A DNA stretch of 64,000 nucleotides, taken from the NCBI GenBank assembly GCA_035290185.1, contig DATDUW010000038.1, positions 233 to 64,232 of the forward strand, in the 5' to 3' direction. Shown here piece by piece: positions 15,978 through 24,108 of the stretch (the stretch's first letter is position 1; each line of letters starts with the position of its first letter). The notes below the pieces were generated by a model. The model worked only from the letters and a program-made list of their open reading frames with translations, had not been told where the DNA came from and did not search any database. This stretch comes from Patescibacteria group bacterium. GTDB taxonomy: Bacteria > Patescibacteriota > Patescibacteriia > UBA9934 > GWF2-40-263. The position numbers and the translations under genes were made by a program.

Positions 15978-18040
15978 AATCTATGGCTATTGAACAGGAA
16001 GCGTTTGCCGTTTCTTCCAGGGCGTCCGTTCCCGCGGCAACACCCCCTTTAAACCCTGAGATGCGTCGGACGCAGGCGGAGCGTCAAGCTCTCGAAGAGG
16101 AGCGTATTTATCGGCGTGGTGTCGTGACCGTGCGGGATCTCATCTCGCCGGCGGCGTTTGAAGTGAAACCGAGTCATCTTGTCCTTTCTGGCGTCTACGT
16201 CCGGACACTTTTCGTTATTACCTATCCCCGGTATATCGGTTTGGGATGGTCCGCGTCGCTCATCAACCTTAACAAGACACTGGACGTTGCCATGTATTTT
16301 TATCCCGTGAAAGCGAATATTATTCTGAAGCAGCTTCAGAAGCGCGTGGGATATCTTGAAGCCGGCATTGTGGCCGATGCAGAAAAGGGGAAACCGCGGG
16401 ATCCACTGCGGGAAACGGCCTTGCGCGATATCGAGGGCTTGCGCGACGCGCTGACCCAGGGGGTGGAGCATTTTTTTCAGTTTGCTTTTTACATAACGCT
16501 TTTTGCAAAAAGCACCGAAGAGCTCGATAAGCTGACCGAAGAAGTCGAAGCCATGTTTGGGAGCAAGCTTATTTTTTCCAAAAAGGGATTCTATCAGTCC
16601 GAACAAGGTTTCAATTCCACGCTGCCGCTGGCCAACGATCAGCTCATGATTACCTACAACATGAATACATCGCCCATTGCGGCATCGTTCCCCTTCATTT
16701 CTTCCGATCTGACCTCTGATCACGGCATTCTCTACGGCATTAATCGTCACAACAATTCGCTCATTCTTTTTGACCGGTTCAGTCTTCAGAACGCAAATTC
16801 CGTCGTATTTGCCATGGCCGGATCCGGAAAATCTTATGCCGTGAAACTTGAAATTCTGCGTAGTCTGATGATGGGAGTTGATGTGATTGTTATCGATCCG
16901 GAAATGGAATACAAAAATTTATGTGAGGCCGTGGGAGGAACGTATGTGAATGTTTCGCTTGCCAGCCAATCGAAAGTAAATCCATTCGATCTTCCGCGGG
17001 CCAAGGGAGAAGAGGTGCGTACCGAAGACATTATCCGGAGCAGCGTGATTATTCTCAAAGGACTCTTGCGTATCATGATCGGGAAGCCGCAGGGCGGAGT
17101 CGGGGTGGTCGGTTTTACGCCGGAAGAAGATTCCATGTTAGACCGCGCCCTGATTGAGACGTATGCGAAGAAGGATATTACGGCCGATACCGCCGACCTT
17201 TCTGTGGTGGAAACACCCGTTCTTTCAGATTTTCAGGACGTGTTGGAAGGGATCGAGGGAGCCGAAGACCTTGTGGCGCGCCTGCACAAATATACGGAAG
17301 GGACCTTTGCTGGTCTGCTCAATTCTCCTACGACCGTGGAGATGAAGAATCAGCTGGTTGTTTTTTCTGTCCGAGACCTTGAGGATGAATTGCGCCCCAC
17401 GGGCATCTATACGATCGTCAATTATATTTGGAACGTTGTCCGTTCCGAGCGCAAGAAACGCATCCTCGTTATCGATGAAGCCTGGTGGCTCATGCAGTAT
17501 GAGGATTCGGCTAAATTCATCTATGGTCTCGTCAAGCGTTGCCGCAAATACTATCTGGGCGTTACGACGATTACTCAGGACGTCAATGATTTTTTGCGTT
17601 CTCCTTATGGTCAGTCCATTGTCACGAATTCCGCCATTCAGCTTCTGTTGAAGCAGTCTCCAGCCGGTGTTGATATGGTCCAGAAGACGTTTAATCTGAC
17701 GGATGGGGAAAAATATCTCCTGCTTGAGTCAGGACAAGGGGAGGGGCTCTTTTTTGCCGGGCAGAAACATGTGGCCATTAAGGTTGTTGCTTCCTATACG
17801 GAGGACCGGCTAGTGACCTCCAATCCCCAGCAACTTTTGGAAATGGAGCAGGCACAGGAAGAGGTCGAACAGCAGTTAACAGAACAGGAAAAAGAGGAAC
17901 AGACGGAATCGTCCTCAGAAGGGACCGGGGAACAAACCGAACCGTTGACAGGGGCACAGGATGCGGTAGAGGCGTTCCTTTCTTCCGAACAAGCCGGGGA
18001 AGCCGAGGCCCAGCGCATTCGCGGAAATCTTGCAAACTGA
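15974..18040 (+). CDS. virB4: VirB4/TrbE-like T4SS ATPase
   Basis: Walker A is FAMAGSGKSYAVK and Walker B is RILVIDEAWWLM. The N-domain reads YVRTLFVITYPRYIGLGW. The C-terminus is acidic. The start is either the GTG at 15974 or the ATG at 15983. Confidence 0.85.
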   Translation: MKSMAIEQEAFAVSSRASVPAATPPLNPEMRRTQAERQALEEERIYRRGVVTVRDLISPAAFEVKPSHLVLSGVYVRTLFVITYPRYIGLGWSASLINLNKTLDVAMYFYPVKANIILKQLQKRVGYLEAGIVADAEKGKPRDPLRETALRDIEGLRDALTQGVEHFFQFAFYITLFAKSTEELDKLTEEVEAMFGSKLIFSKKGFYQSEQGFNSTLPLANDQLMITYNMNTSPIAASFPFISSDLTSDHGILYGINRHNNSLILFDRFSLQNANSVVFAMAGSGKSYAVKLEILRSLMMGVDVIVIDPEMEYKNLCEAVGGTYVNVSLASQSKVNPFDLPRAKGEEVRTEDIIRSSVIILKGLLRIMIGKPQGGVGVVGFTPEEDSMLDRALIETYAKKDITADTADLSVVETPVLSDFQDVLEGIEGAEDLVARLHKYTEGTFAGLLNSPTTVEMKNQLVVFSVRDLEDELRPTGIYTIVNYIWNVVRSERKKRILVIDEAWWLMQYEDSAKFIYGLVKRCRKYYLGVTTITQDVNDFLRSPYGQSIVTNSAIQLLLKQSPAGVDMVQKTFNLTDGEKYLLLESGQGEGLFFAGQKHVAIKVVASYTEDRLVTSNPQQLLEMEQAQEEVEQQLTEQEKEEQTESSSEGTGEQTEPLTGAQDAVEAFLSSEQAGEAEAQRIRGNLAN

Positions 18041-18048
18041 TTGCGCTT

Positions 18049-18621
18049 ATGACTCGACGCAAAATAGGGTTTCTTTCCATTGTTGTTTTTCTTTTCCTCC
18101 TGTTGGCAGGATGGATCGGAGGGAGACAGTTGAACCGCCGGACTAGGGAGTTAGTCCGGCCGTCCACGTCGGATTCTTCCGAAGGAAAACTCGAAGAAAA
18201 ATCCGTGCAGGTTCTTCCTCCTCTTTCAGAACAGGACATTCAGAAAATGGAAATTCAAGCCCCGCTTCAGGCACTGGCAAAGACGTTTGCGGAACGGTAT
18301 GGAAGTTATTCCAACGAAAGTGCCTTTGCCAATCTAACAGATGTCTTGCCCCTCATGTCGCAACGGTTTCGGGCGGAGACGGAAAAAATGTTGGCGACGT
18401 CGATACCCTCCACGGCTTTTTACGGCGTGACCACCCGTGTGCTCGCTGTTTCTATTGAAACGATGGACGACTCATCTGGGATCGCTCAGACGTCTATTCA
18501 CACACAACGAGAGGAGACAACGGGAACGGTGCAGAATGTCGTGACGATCTATCAGATTCTCACATTGGATTTTGTAAAAGAAAACAGCACATGGAAAGTC
18601 GACAGGGCCCGATGGCAGTAG
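18049..18621 (+). CDS. bitopic membrane protein, VirB8/PrgL-like candidate
   Basis: There is one N-terminal TM (FLSIVVFLFLLLAGWIGG), then a domain of about 130 aa ending ..LDFVKENSTWKVDRARW (NTF2-like flavour). The position after VirB4 fits. The assignment is inferential. Confidence 0.45.
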   Translation: MTRRKIGFLSIVVFLFLLLAGWIGGRQLNRRTRELVRPSTSDSSEGKLEEKSVQVLPPLSEQDIQKMEIQAPLQALAKTFAERYGSYSNESAFANLTDVLPLMSQRFRAETEKMLATSIPSTAFYGVTTRVLAVSIETMDDSSGIAQTSIHTQREETTGTVQNVVTIYQILTLDFVKENSTWKVDRARWQ

Positions 18622-19313
18622 TGTTTTCGTGGATTCGCAACGCCTTGTTTCCACGGTTTTGCGCTAGCTGCGGGGAAGAAGGGGATTGGCTGTGCCCTTC
18701 CTGCGGGCTTTCGGATGCGGAAATAGAACCAGGAGAAACGGTTTGTTTGGGTTGTGCGACAGTGTCGAGAGACGGCTCTCTTTGCCAGAGTTGTTACCAC
18801 CATTTTTTTCTCGATGGTTGCCTTTCCGGTAGTTCTTATCACGACGCTCGGCTGCGAGAGGCGATTCGCCAGTGGAAGTACGAGGGAAACGGGGAGGCCT
18901 GGAAATGGATTCAAGCCCGATTGGCCCCACGGATTGTTCCGGGTCTGTTTCGGAAGGTGGCCTGGTCCGTTTGTCCGGTTCCCCTTCATGCGGCGCGGCG
19001 GCGTGAGCGCGGATTCGACCAGGCCGAGGAGGTGGCTCATTTTGTGGTGGAACAAACGGGATTTCCATTTGTCTCTCTTCTGGATCGATCTGTCTGGACC
19101 GATCCGCAGGCACAACGGAGTGCGGAAGATCGTCGGGCAGGAGATCTGGATGGAGCCTTTTCTCTCGTTCCTGGCGTTTCCGTTCCTTCGGCCGTCCTGT
19201 TGTGCGATGACGTGGTTACCAGCGGAGCAACGCTGGATGCTGCAGCCAAGGCTCTCAAAGAAGCCGGGGTTGAAACGGTTTGGGCCTGGACGCTGGCGCG
19301 CGGCGGATCGTAG
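18612..19313 (+). CDS. comFC: ComF family protein (ComFC-type phosphoribosyltransferase with zinc ribbon)
   Basis: Motifs are CASCG..CPSCG and C..C..C..C, RERGFDQAE, and the PRT motif VLLCDDVVTSGATL. The ATG at 18612 overlaps the previous stop (18619-18621). Confidence 0.85.
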   Translation: MAVVFSWIRNALFPRFCASCGEEGDWLCPSCGLSDAEIEPGETVCLGCATVSRDGSLCQSCYHHFFLDGCLSGSSYHDARLREAIRQWKYEGNGEAWKWIQARLAPRIVPGLFRKVAWSVCPVPLHAARRRERGFDQAEEVAHFVVEQTGFPFVSLLDRSVWTDPQAQRSAEDRRAGDLDGAFSLVPGVSVPSAVLLCDDVVTSGATLDAAAKALKEAGVETVWAWTLARGGS

Positions 19314-19441
19314 TCATTTTTTTGGTCAATGATTTGAGTTGAGTCAAGAAAGGTCTTAAACGAAAAGCGCACCCAGGAGACGGTCAGGCGCAGGGGGCGC
19401 TTCCGTCTCGCATGGGTGTGCGAGAAAAGGGTGGGGGTTTC

Positions 19442-19864
19442 TTAGAGACAAACACGATTTGTCCTGCGTTGTTTTGCCCAGGTTTCGACGGCGGTCTTGC
19501 TTCTGTTCGCCCAGATCAGAAAATGAATTTCCCGTCCCCCCTTTTCGTCGTCGGTAATAGCAAAGGAGAGCTGACCGCTGGCTGCCAGATGGAAGGTGAC
19601 ACGTCCGTCGTTGAAGAGGTATCGGACGTTGATCACCTCTCCATTCGTGGTTGAGATGCGCAGACCGAAGGCGGTGGATGGGCACTCTTTTGAAATTCCA
19701 CGCACCACTACATCGGATCCGTTGTCGATCGCGATGAAGACGTCTGCCGTCAGAGTTGCGAGTTCGTTGAACACCTCCAGGAGTCGTTTGCCTAGGTTCC
19801 TCTTGTCTTCCAACCCGCTCTGAATTTGAGCGATTTCCGTTCTCTTTTTTTCGATGTCGTCCAT
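19442..19864 (-). CDS. hypothetical protein (140 aa)
   Basis: GGAGGAAGAAATTG precedes the ATG. The start overlaps the stop of the upstream small ORF (TGATG). The longer 218-aa ORF-track frame has an implausible N-terminus. Confidence 0.6.
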   Translation of the reverse strand: MDDIEKKRTEIAQIQSGLEDKRNLGKRLLEVFNELATLTADVFIAIDNGSDVVVRGISKECPSTAFGLRISTTNGEVINVRYLFNDGRVTFHLAASGQLSFAITDDEKGGREIHFLIWANRSKTAVETWAKQRRTNRVCL

Positions 19865-20064
19865 CAATTTCTTCCTCCAAGTTGTTTCAGACCTTTCCAG
19901 TAGTAGCCCACGGCCACCAACTGGAGAAGAACGGCTGCTCCCATAAGGAGCGCTGCAAAAAAGTTTCCGTCCCGAATCAACAGGACGGTTGCGACAGAAC
20001 CAAGGAGGATCCCCACCAAGGTTCCGACCAAAGCTCTCTTGAGATATCCTATTCTGTTTTGCAT
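19864..20064 (-). CDS. small membrane protein (66 aa, two hydrophobic helices)
   Basis: AAGGAG lies 4-5 nt upstream of the ATG at 20064. The product is LVGTLVGILLGSVATVLLI..AALLMGAAVLLQLVAVGYYW. Confidence 0.6.
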   Translation of the reverse strand: MQNRIGYLKRALVGTLVGILLGSVATVLLIRDGNFFAALLMGAAVLLQLVAVGYYWKGLKQLGGRN

Positions 20065-20148
20065 GCGTCTCCTTCATTGTGAAATGTCCATAAACCACCG
20101 GTCTCCCAGCGGTTTTCCTCTTGTCTCAAAAAACTAAAGAGACAGTGC

Positions 20149-20176
20149 ATCGTAGCCGAAATTGAGATTTTGTCAA
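20149..20176 (-). promoter_or_regulatory. sigma70-like promoter for the minus-strand two-gene unit
   Basis: On the minus strand: TTGACA, 16 nt, TACGAT. Confidence 0.45.
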
Positions 20177-20244
20177 TGGTTTTGGGATGAGTTTTTTAAA
20201 GACCCCCCACCAGCGTCTTTTGTTTATTTTTAAGTTGAAGAAAA

Positions 20245-20273
20245 TTGACATTTTTTGATTTTTCTGTTAAAAT
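20245..20273 (+). promoter_or_regulatory. sigma70-like promoter
   Basis: TTGACA (20245-20250), 17 nt, TAAAAT (20268-20273). The hairpin CCACGCG-AAAA-CGCGTGG (20314-20331) lies in the leader, just before the RBS. Confidence 0.55.
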
Positions 20274-20350
20274 AAAACCACGAATCATTTTGGACCTTGC
20301 AAAACGCAATAACCCACGCGAAAACGCGTGGTATCAGGAGAAAAGAGAAA

Positions 20351-21328
20351 ATGAAATTTCGCAACGGAACCCGTCCGGACCAGGTCCTGCAGCAGGCGCA
20401 GGGCTTCGCACATCGCAAAAAAAGTCTGGAACGAAAGAACATGCTTGCTGCCAAAAGGGAAGAAATTTATTCCCAACGAGACTATGAATCTTTCTTTTGG
20501 TGGGAAATCGTGGGCGCGATCTGTTTTCTTGCGAGCGTGATCTGTCTAATCTCCTCGTCTCTCGCAGGATCATGGAGTTTCTTTTTCTGGGGATTCGTCC
20601 TATCGGCTTTCGCTGGAAGTTTCTTTTTCTGGGGAGTCGTTAGGTTGATGGCTCGGCTGGACGTCAACTTCGAATCGCCGAAGCCGGAAGAGCTCCTCCC
20701 CACCCGCATCGTTCCAGAGTTCCTCTCCTCGCAGATTGAAACTCTTGGGAACGAGCTGGTCGGAGAGGGAAGCCGGTATGCCAGCACCTGTAGGCAGGTC
20801 GAAGAAGTAAACCGCCGAGCGCGGCTGGTAACGGAACGACTCGGGATTCGTCTGCGTCAAAACGAAGCTTCGTATCTCCGTACGAGCTTGGAACAAGCGC
20901 AGGAAGTCGTCGCGAGGACCGATCGTGTTCTGGAAGGACTGAAGGGTTTTCGTGGCAAGGTCGAGGGATTCCTGGCCGAATGTCGCGGGGCCGTTGAGGC
21001 GCTTTCCGGACCGCTTCGCGATCTCGAGCTCATTCGCGAAGTTCAGGAGTTGGCCGGCCAGACACAGCGCCTTGAAGATCAGGCGCAGCAGGTCGTGGTC
21101 GATACGGTTGCAAAACTACAGACGCGCATTGCCGTCATCCGCGGCGATGTACACAAGCGTTTCGAGGACATCGGCGTCCATCTCGCTCTGGAAGCCTCCT
21201 CCACAGGTGATGCGGCGAGGGATTTAGAGACGCTTGAGAGGATTATCGCCGGATTCGTCCCGGCAAATCTGATCTCGGATGCCAGGGTCCAGGTCCTCCG
21301 CAATGAGGTCACTGGCTTGGGGATGTAA
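20351..21328 (+). CDS. membrane-anchored coiled-coil protein, unknown function
   Basis: AGGAG lies upstream of the ATG at 20351. There are two TM helices (WWEIVGAICFLASVICLI, FFFWGFVLSAFAGSFFFWGVV), then about 220 aa of helical, Arg/Glu/Leu-rich sequence. Confidence 0.65.
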   Translation: MKFRNGTRPDQVLQQAQGFAHRKKSLERKNMLAAKREEIYSQRDYESFFWWEIVGAICFLASVICLISSSLAGSWSFFFWGFVLSAFAGSFFFWGVVRLMARLDVNFESPKPEELLPTRIVPEFLSSQIETLGNELVGEGSRYASTCRQVEEVNRRARLVTERLGIRLRQNEASYLRTSLEQAQEVVARTDRVLEGLKGFRGKVEGFLAECRGAVEALSGPLRDLELIREVQELAGQTQRLEDQAQQVVVDTVAKLQTRIAVIRGDVHKRFEDIGVHLALEASSTGDAARDLETLERIIAGFVPANLISDARVQVLRNEVTGLGM

Positions 21329-21509
21329 AACACACACTCCGCGCACCCGCGCGGGACGAGAAGGCACACTCAGCGGATCCTCCGCTGGCCCTCGTCCGTT
21401 GGGTGCGCTTTTTTGTTTCTTCGAAAAAATGGAATTAACAAAAACACCGCTGGGCCGCAGCGATGTTTGCAAATAGGAGAGAGGGATTCTCGTCTTCGTC
21501 GAGTAAAAC

Positions 21510-21746
21510 TTACAGAAGATGCCGTTTGGCAAAAGCCCTGCCGGATCCGGTCTTCAAATACTTTTCAAACCGCGCAGCTGCCTCTTTCGTCGGAAATACG
21601 CAATGCCACTTCAAATGAAGGAGGCGACCTTTTGTCATAGGAGTAAGTCCTTGCTCGTGTTCTACCATTCGACGATCAAGATCATGGGTAAGCCCCGTAT
21701 AGTGGAAATCCTTTGTTTCATTTTCCAAAAGGTACACGTAGTACAT
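21510..21746 (-). CDS. small GIY-YIG nuclease-family protein (78 aa)
   Basis: YYVYLL..YTGLTHDLDRRMVEHEQG..EKYLKTGSGRAFAKRHL. GGAGAGG lies upstream. The gene is 111 nt downstream of tRNA-Ser(GCU) on the same strand. Confidence 0.85.
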   Translation of the reverse strand: MYYVYLLENETKDFHYTGLTHDLDRRMVEHEQGLTPMTKGRLLHLKWHCVFPTKEAAARFEKYLKTGSGRAFAKRHLL

Positions 21747-21857
21747 ATCCTCTCCAGGAGATCCGACTCAAAAATATACCTTTTTATGGTATCGTCCTGC
21801 CTTGTTTTTTCGTCTAGTCGTTTACACACCGAAGCCCCATCCTATGGGGCGAAGGTG

Positions 21858-21951
21858 TGGCGGAGAGAGAGGGATTCGAACCCTCGCGCCGGGAAAACCC
21901 CGACCTAGGAGATTAGCAATCTCCCCCCTTCAGCCTCTTGGGTACCTCTCC
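21858..21951 (-). tRNA. tRNA-Ser (anticodon GCU), CCA encoded
   Basis: Hand-folded cloverleaf: acceptor GGAGAGG/TCTCTCC, anticodon arm GGAGA-TTGCTAA-TCTCC, long variable arm, T-arm GAGGG-TTCGAAT-CCCTC, G-CCA. Confidence 0.9.
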
Positions 21952-22099
21952 ATAAATACGGATTCATTTTTTTGGCTTCCCGCATCTTACTCAAATCTTT
22001 CAGATTGAGCAAGGCCGCCTTTTGAGGTATTTTGAGGTTTTCGATTTTTTGGCTGGATGATGGGGAAAGAGATAAAATGAAGTCTATCTTTTCCAAACT

Positions 22100-22531
22100 A
22101 TGCACCACATTGCGATCATGAAAAAATCCTGGGGTCTTATTCCTAAGATTTTGTCCGGAGAAAAGACGGTTGAGTCGCGCTGGTATCAAACCCGGCGTGC
22201 GCCTTGGGATAAGATTCAGGAGGGAGACGTGATTTTTTTCAAGAATTCCGGAGAGCTCGTGACGGCCCAAGCAATGGTTTCTCATGTTTTGCAATTCACG
22301 TTGAATGGTCTTTCGGATGTGCGAGAGATCGTAAAAAAGTATGGAAAGGAGATTTGCCTCCTGAATGCGGATCCGGAAACGTGGGACAGCGTTCCAAAGT
22401 ACTGCATCCTTGTCCGCCTGAAGAATCCGAAGCCCGTAAAGGCGCCATTTGCGATCGACAAAGCCGGTTTCGGGAGTGCCGCGGCATGGATGACGGTTGG
22501 AAATATTCGGGACATTGTTGCTAGCCGATGA
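22100..22531 (+). CDS. ASCH (PUA-like) domain protein
   Basis: IMKKSWGLIPKILSGEKTVESRWY...GDVIFFK is the typical ASCH N-terminal pattern. An alternative start is at 22118. Confidence 0.65.
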   Translation: MHHIAIMKKSWGLIPKILSGEKTVESRWYQTRRAPWDKIQEGDVIFFKNSGELVTAQAMVSHVLQFTLNGLSDVREIVKKYGKEICLLNADPETWDSVPKYCILVRLKNPKPVKAPFAIDKAGFGSAAAWMTVGNIRDIVASR

Positions 22532-22624
22532 ACGTCTCTCAACAGAAAAGATCGTCGGTCTATAGTGAGTGGTGAAGGAAAAACCTGACAAAATCAGGCT
22601 TTTTTGTTACGCTGTGGCCGGTTT

Positions 22625-22712
22625 GGAGAGGTGTCCGAGTGGTTTAAGGAGCCAGTCTTGAAAACTGGTATACCGCAAGGTATCAAGGGTTCGAATCCCT
22701 TTCTCTCCGCCA
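22625..22712 (+). tRNA. tRNA-Ser (anticodon UGA), CCA encoded
   Basis: Acceptor GGAGAGG/TCTCTCC, anticodon arm CCAGT-CTTGAAA-ACTGG, long variable arm, T-arm AAGGG-TTCGAAT-CCCTT, G-CCA. Confidence 0.9.
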
Positions 22713-22803
22713 TCGGTCCGCTGAAGCGGACCTACGACGTGACGAATCCGCATGTGTGGTCCGCGAAAGCGACCGGTGACTCCGTCGTGTATGGTTAAAT
22801 TCT

Positions 22804-23037
22804 ATGCATTATGTCTACAGTTTGAAGTGTCGGGACGGATGGTACATAGGGTGTACAAACGATTTGAAGGACCGACTTCAAAGACATGAAAGAGGAGATG
22901 TTCCGGCGACAAAAGGTCGTCTACCGGTAAAGCTGGAATTTTATTTTGGGATAGAAGATAAAATCAAAGCCTTTCAATTTGAAAAATATCTGAAATCCGG
23001 ATCTGGAAGGGCCTTCATAAACAAGCATTTAGCTTAA
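22804..23037 (+). CDS. small GIY-YIG nuclease-family protein (77 aa)
   Basis: HYVYSL..YIGCTNDLKDRLQRHERG..EKYLKSGSGRAFINKHL. It is a paralogue of 21510..21746 and lies 91 nt downstream of tRNA-Ser(UGA). Confidence 0.85.
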   Translation: MHYVYSLKCRDGWYIGCTNDLKDRLQRHERGDVPATKGRLPVKLEFYFGIEDKIKAFQFEKYLKSGSGRAFINKHLA

Positions 23038-23047
23038 ACGGTCCTCT

Positions 23048-23452
23048 ATGGAAAAAACAATTATAGACAAATTAGCGTTTATTGAAATCCGTGATCGAAA
23101 AGTCTTAGAAACTTGCAGTTACGGAAAAGATAAATGGTATATCCCTGGCGGCAAGCGAGATGGTAATGAGACTGATCAGGAAGCACTTATTCGTGAAGTG
23201 AAAGAAGAGCTTCTTGTTGATTTGATTTCTGAGACTATCCAGCATTACGGAACCTTTGAAGCACAGGCACATGGTAAACCGGAAGGCACTGTGGTGCGTA
23301 TGACATGCTACACAGCAAAATATAACGGCGAACCGAAGCCTAACGCTGAAGTAGAAAAAATGGACTGGTTTGATTACTCACAGAGAGGTGATACCTCTCC
23401 TGTAGACCAACTCATTTTTGACGATTTAAAGGCAAAAAATCTGATTGACTAG
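23048..23452 (+). CDS. NUDIX hydrolase
   Basis: The Nudix box is GGKRDGNETDQEALIREVKEELLV. The gene is A/T-rich: I count 17 G/C in its first 60 nt. Confidence 0.85.
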   Translation: MEKTIIDKLAFIEIRDRKVLETCSYGKDKWYIPGGKRDGNETDQEALIREVKEELLVDLISETIQHYGTFEAQAHGKPEGTVVRMTCYTAKYNGEPKPNAEVEKMDWFDYSQRGDTSPVDQLIFDDLKAKNLID

Positions 23453-23593
23453 AAGCTGTCCTATTGGTTCAAAGTTCCGGGCATTGTCCACCCCGCCAAC
23501 GGTTTTGAAAAACGAGCAATGAATAACCCTTATTTTATCGCCTAGTTTAAGTGTGAGAATAAATGTTCTTAGCCGAGATAATTGAGGACTTTT

Positions 23594-24091
23594 ATGAGTT
23601 ACTACATTGTTATTCACGGCACACTAGGAACCGGAAAATCTACGATGGCGAATGAGCTTGCTGTGAAGCTGGACGCGGAACAGATACGACTCGATGACGT
23701 TTTATCAGAACACAAGCTTGATCTGCATGAGGATGGTGAAACCTCTATTTCCGCTTTCACTTTCATAAAAGGGCTTGATTTCGTTTTACCCCATGCAAGG
23801 GAGGTGTTGGATCGTCGGAAGGTGGTCATTTTTGACGGATGTTTTTACCATAAAGAGGTTATGGATTACCTCCTGGACCATCTCGCCTACCCGCATGTTC
23901 TCTTCACGTTAAAAGCTCCGTTGGATGTTTGTATCCAACGCGACAGGAATCGTCCTAAAACGATTGGTGAAGATGTTGCAAAAGCCGTTTATGAACTCAC
24001 GGAAGGATTGAATTTTGGCGAGATCATTGATACAACGGAACCGTTGAAGGATTCGGTTGAAAAACTGTTGTCCCATCTGCCAAAATTTTGA
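23594..24091 (+). CDS. P-loop NTPase/kinase-like protein
   Basis: Walker A is IVIHGTLGTGKST, at the extreme N-terminus. The size is about 165 aa and a DRNR motif is present. The substrate is unknown. Confidence 0.65.
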   Translation: MSYYIVIHGTLGTGKSTMANELAVKLDAEQIRLDDVLSEHKLDLHEDGETSISAFTFIKGLDFVLPHAREVLDRRKVVIFDGCFYHKEVMDYLLDHLAYPHVLFTLKAPLDVCIQRDRNRPKTIGEDVAKAVYELTEGLNFGEIIDTTEPLKDSVEKLLSHLPKF

Positions 24092-24108
24092 TTCGTGTTT
24101 TTCCCCTT

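Noticed and set aside
19356-20098. Long minus-strand ORFs of 174 aa and 218 aa spanning this region.
   Set aside because: The RBS positions and a TGATG stop/start overlap support two shorter genes (19864..20064 and 19442..19864). The N-terminal extension of the 218-aa frame and the whole 174-aa frame look non-coding.
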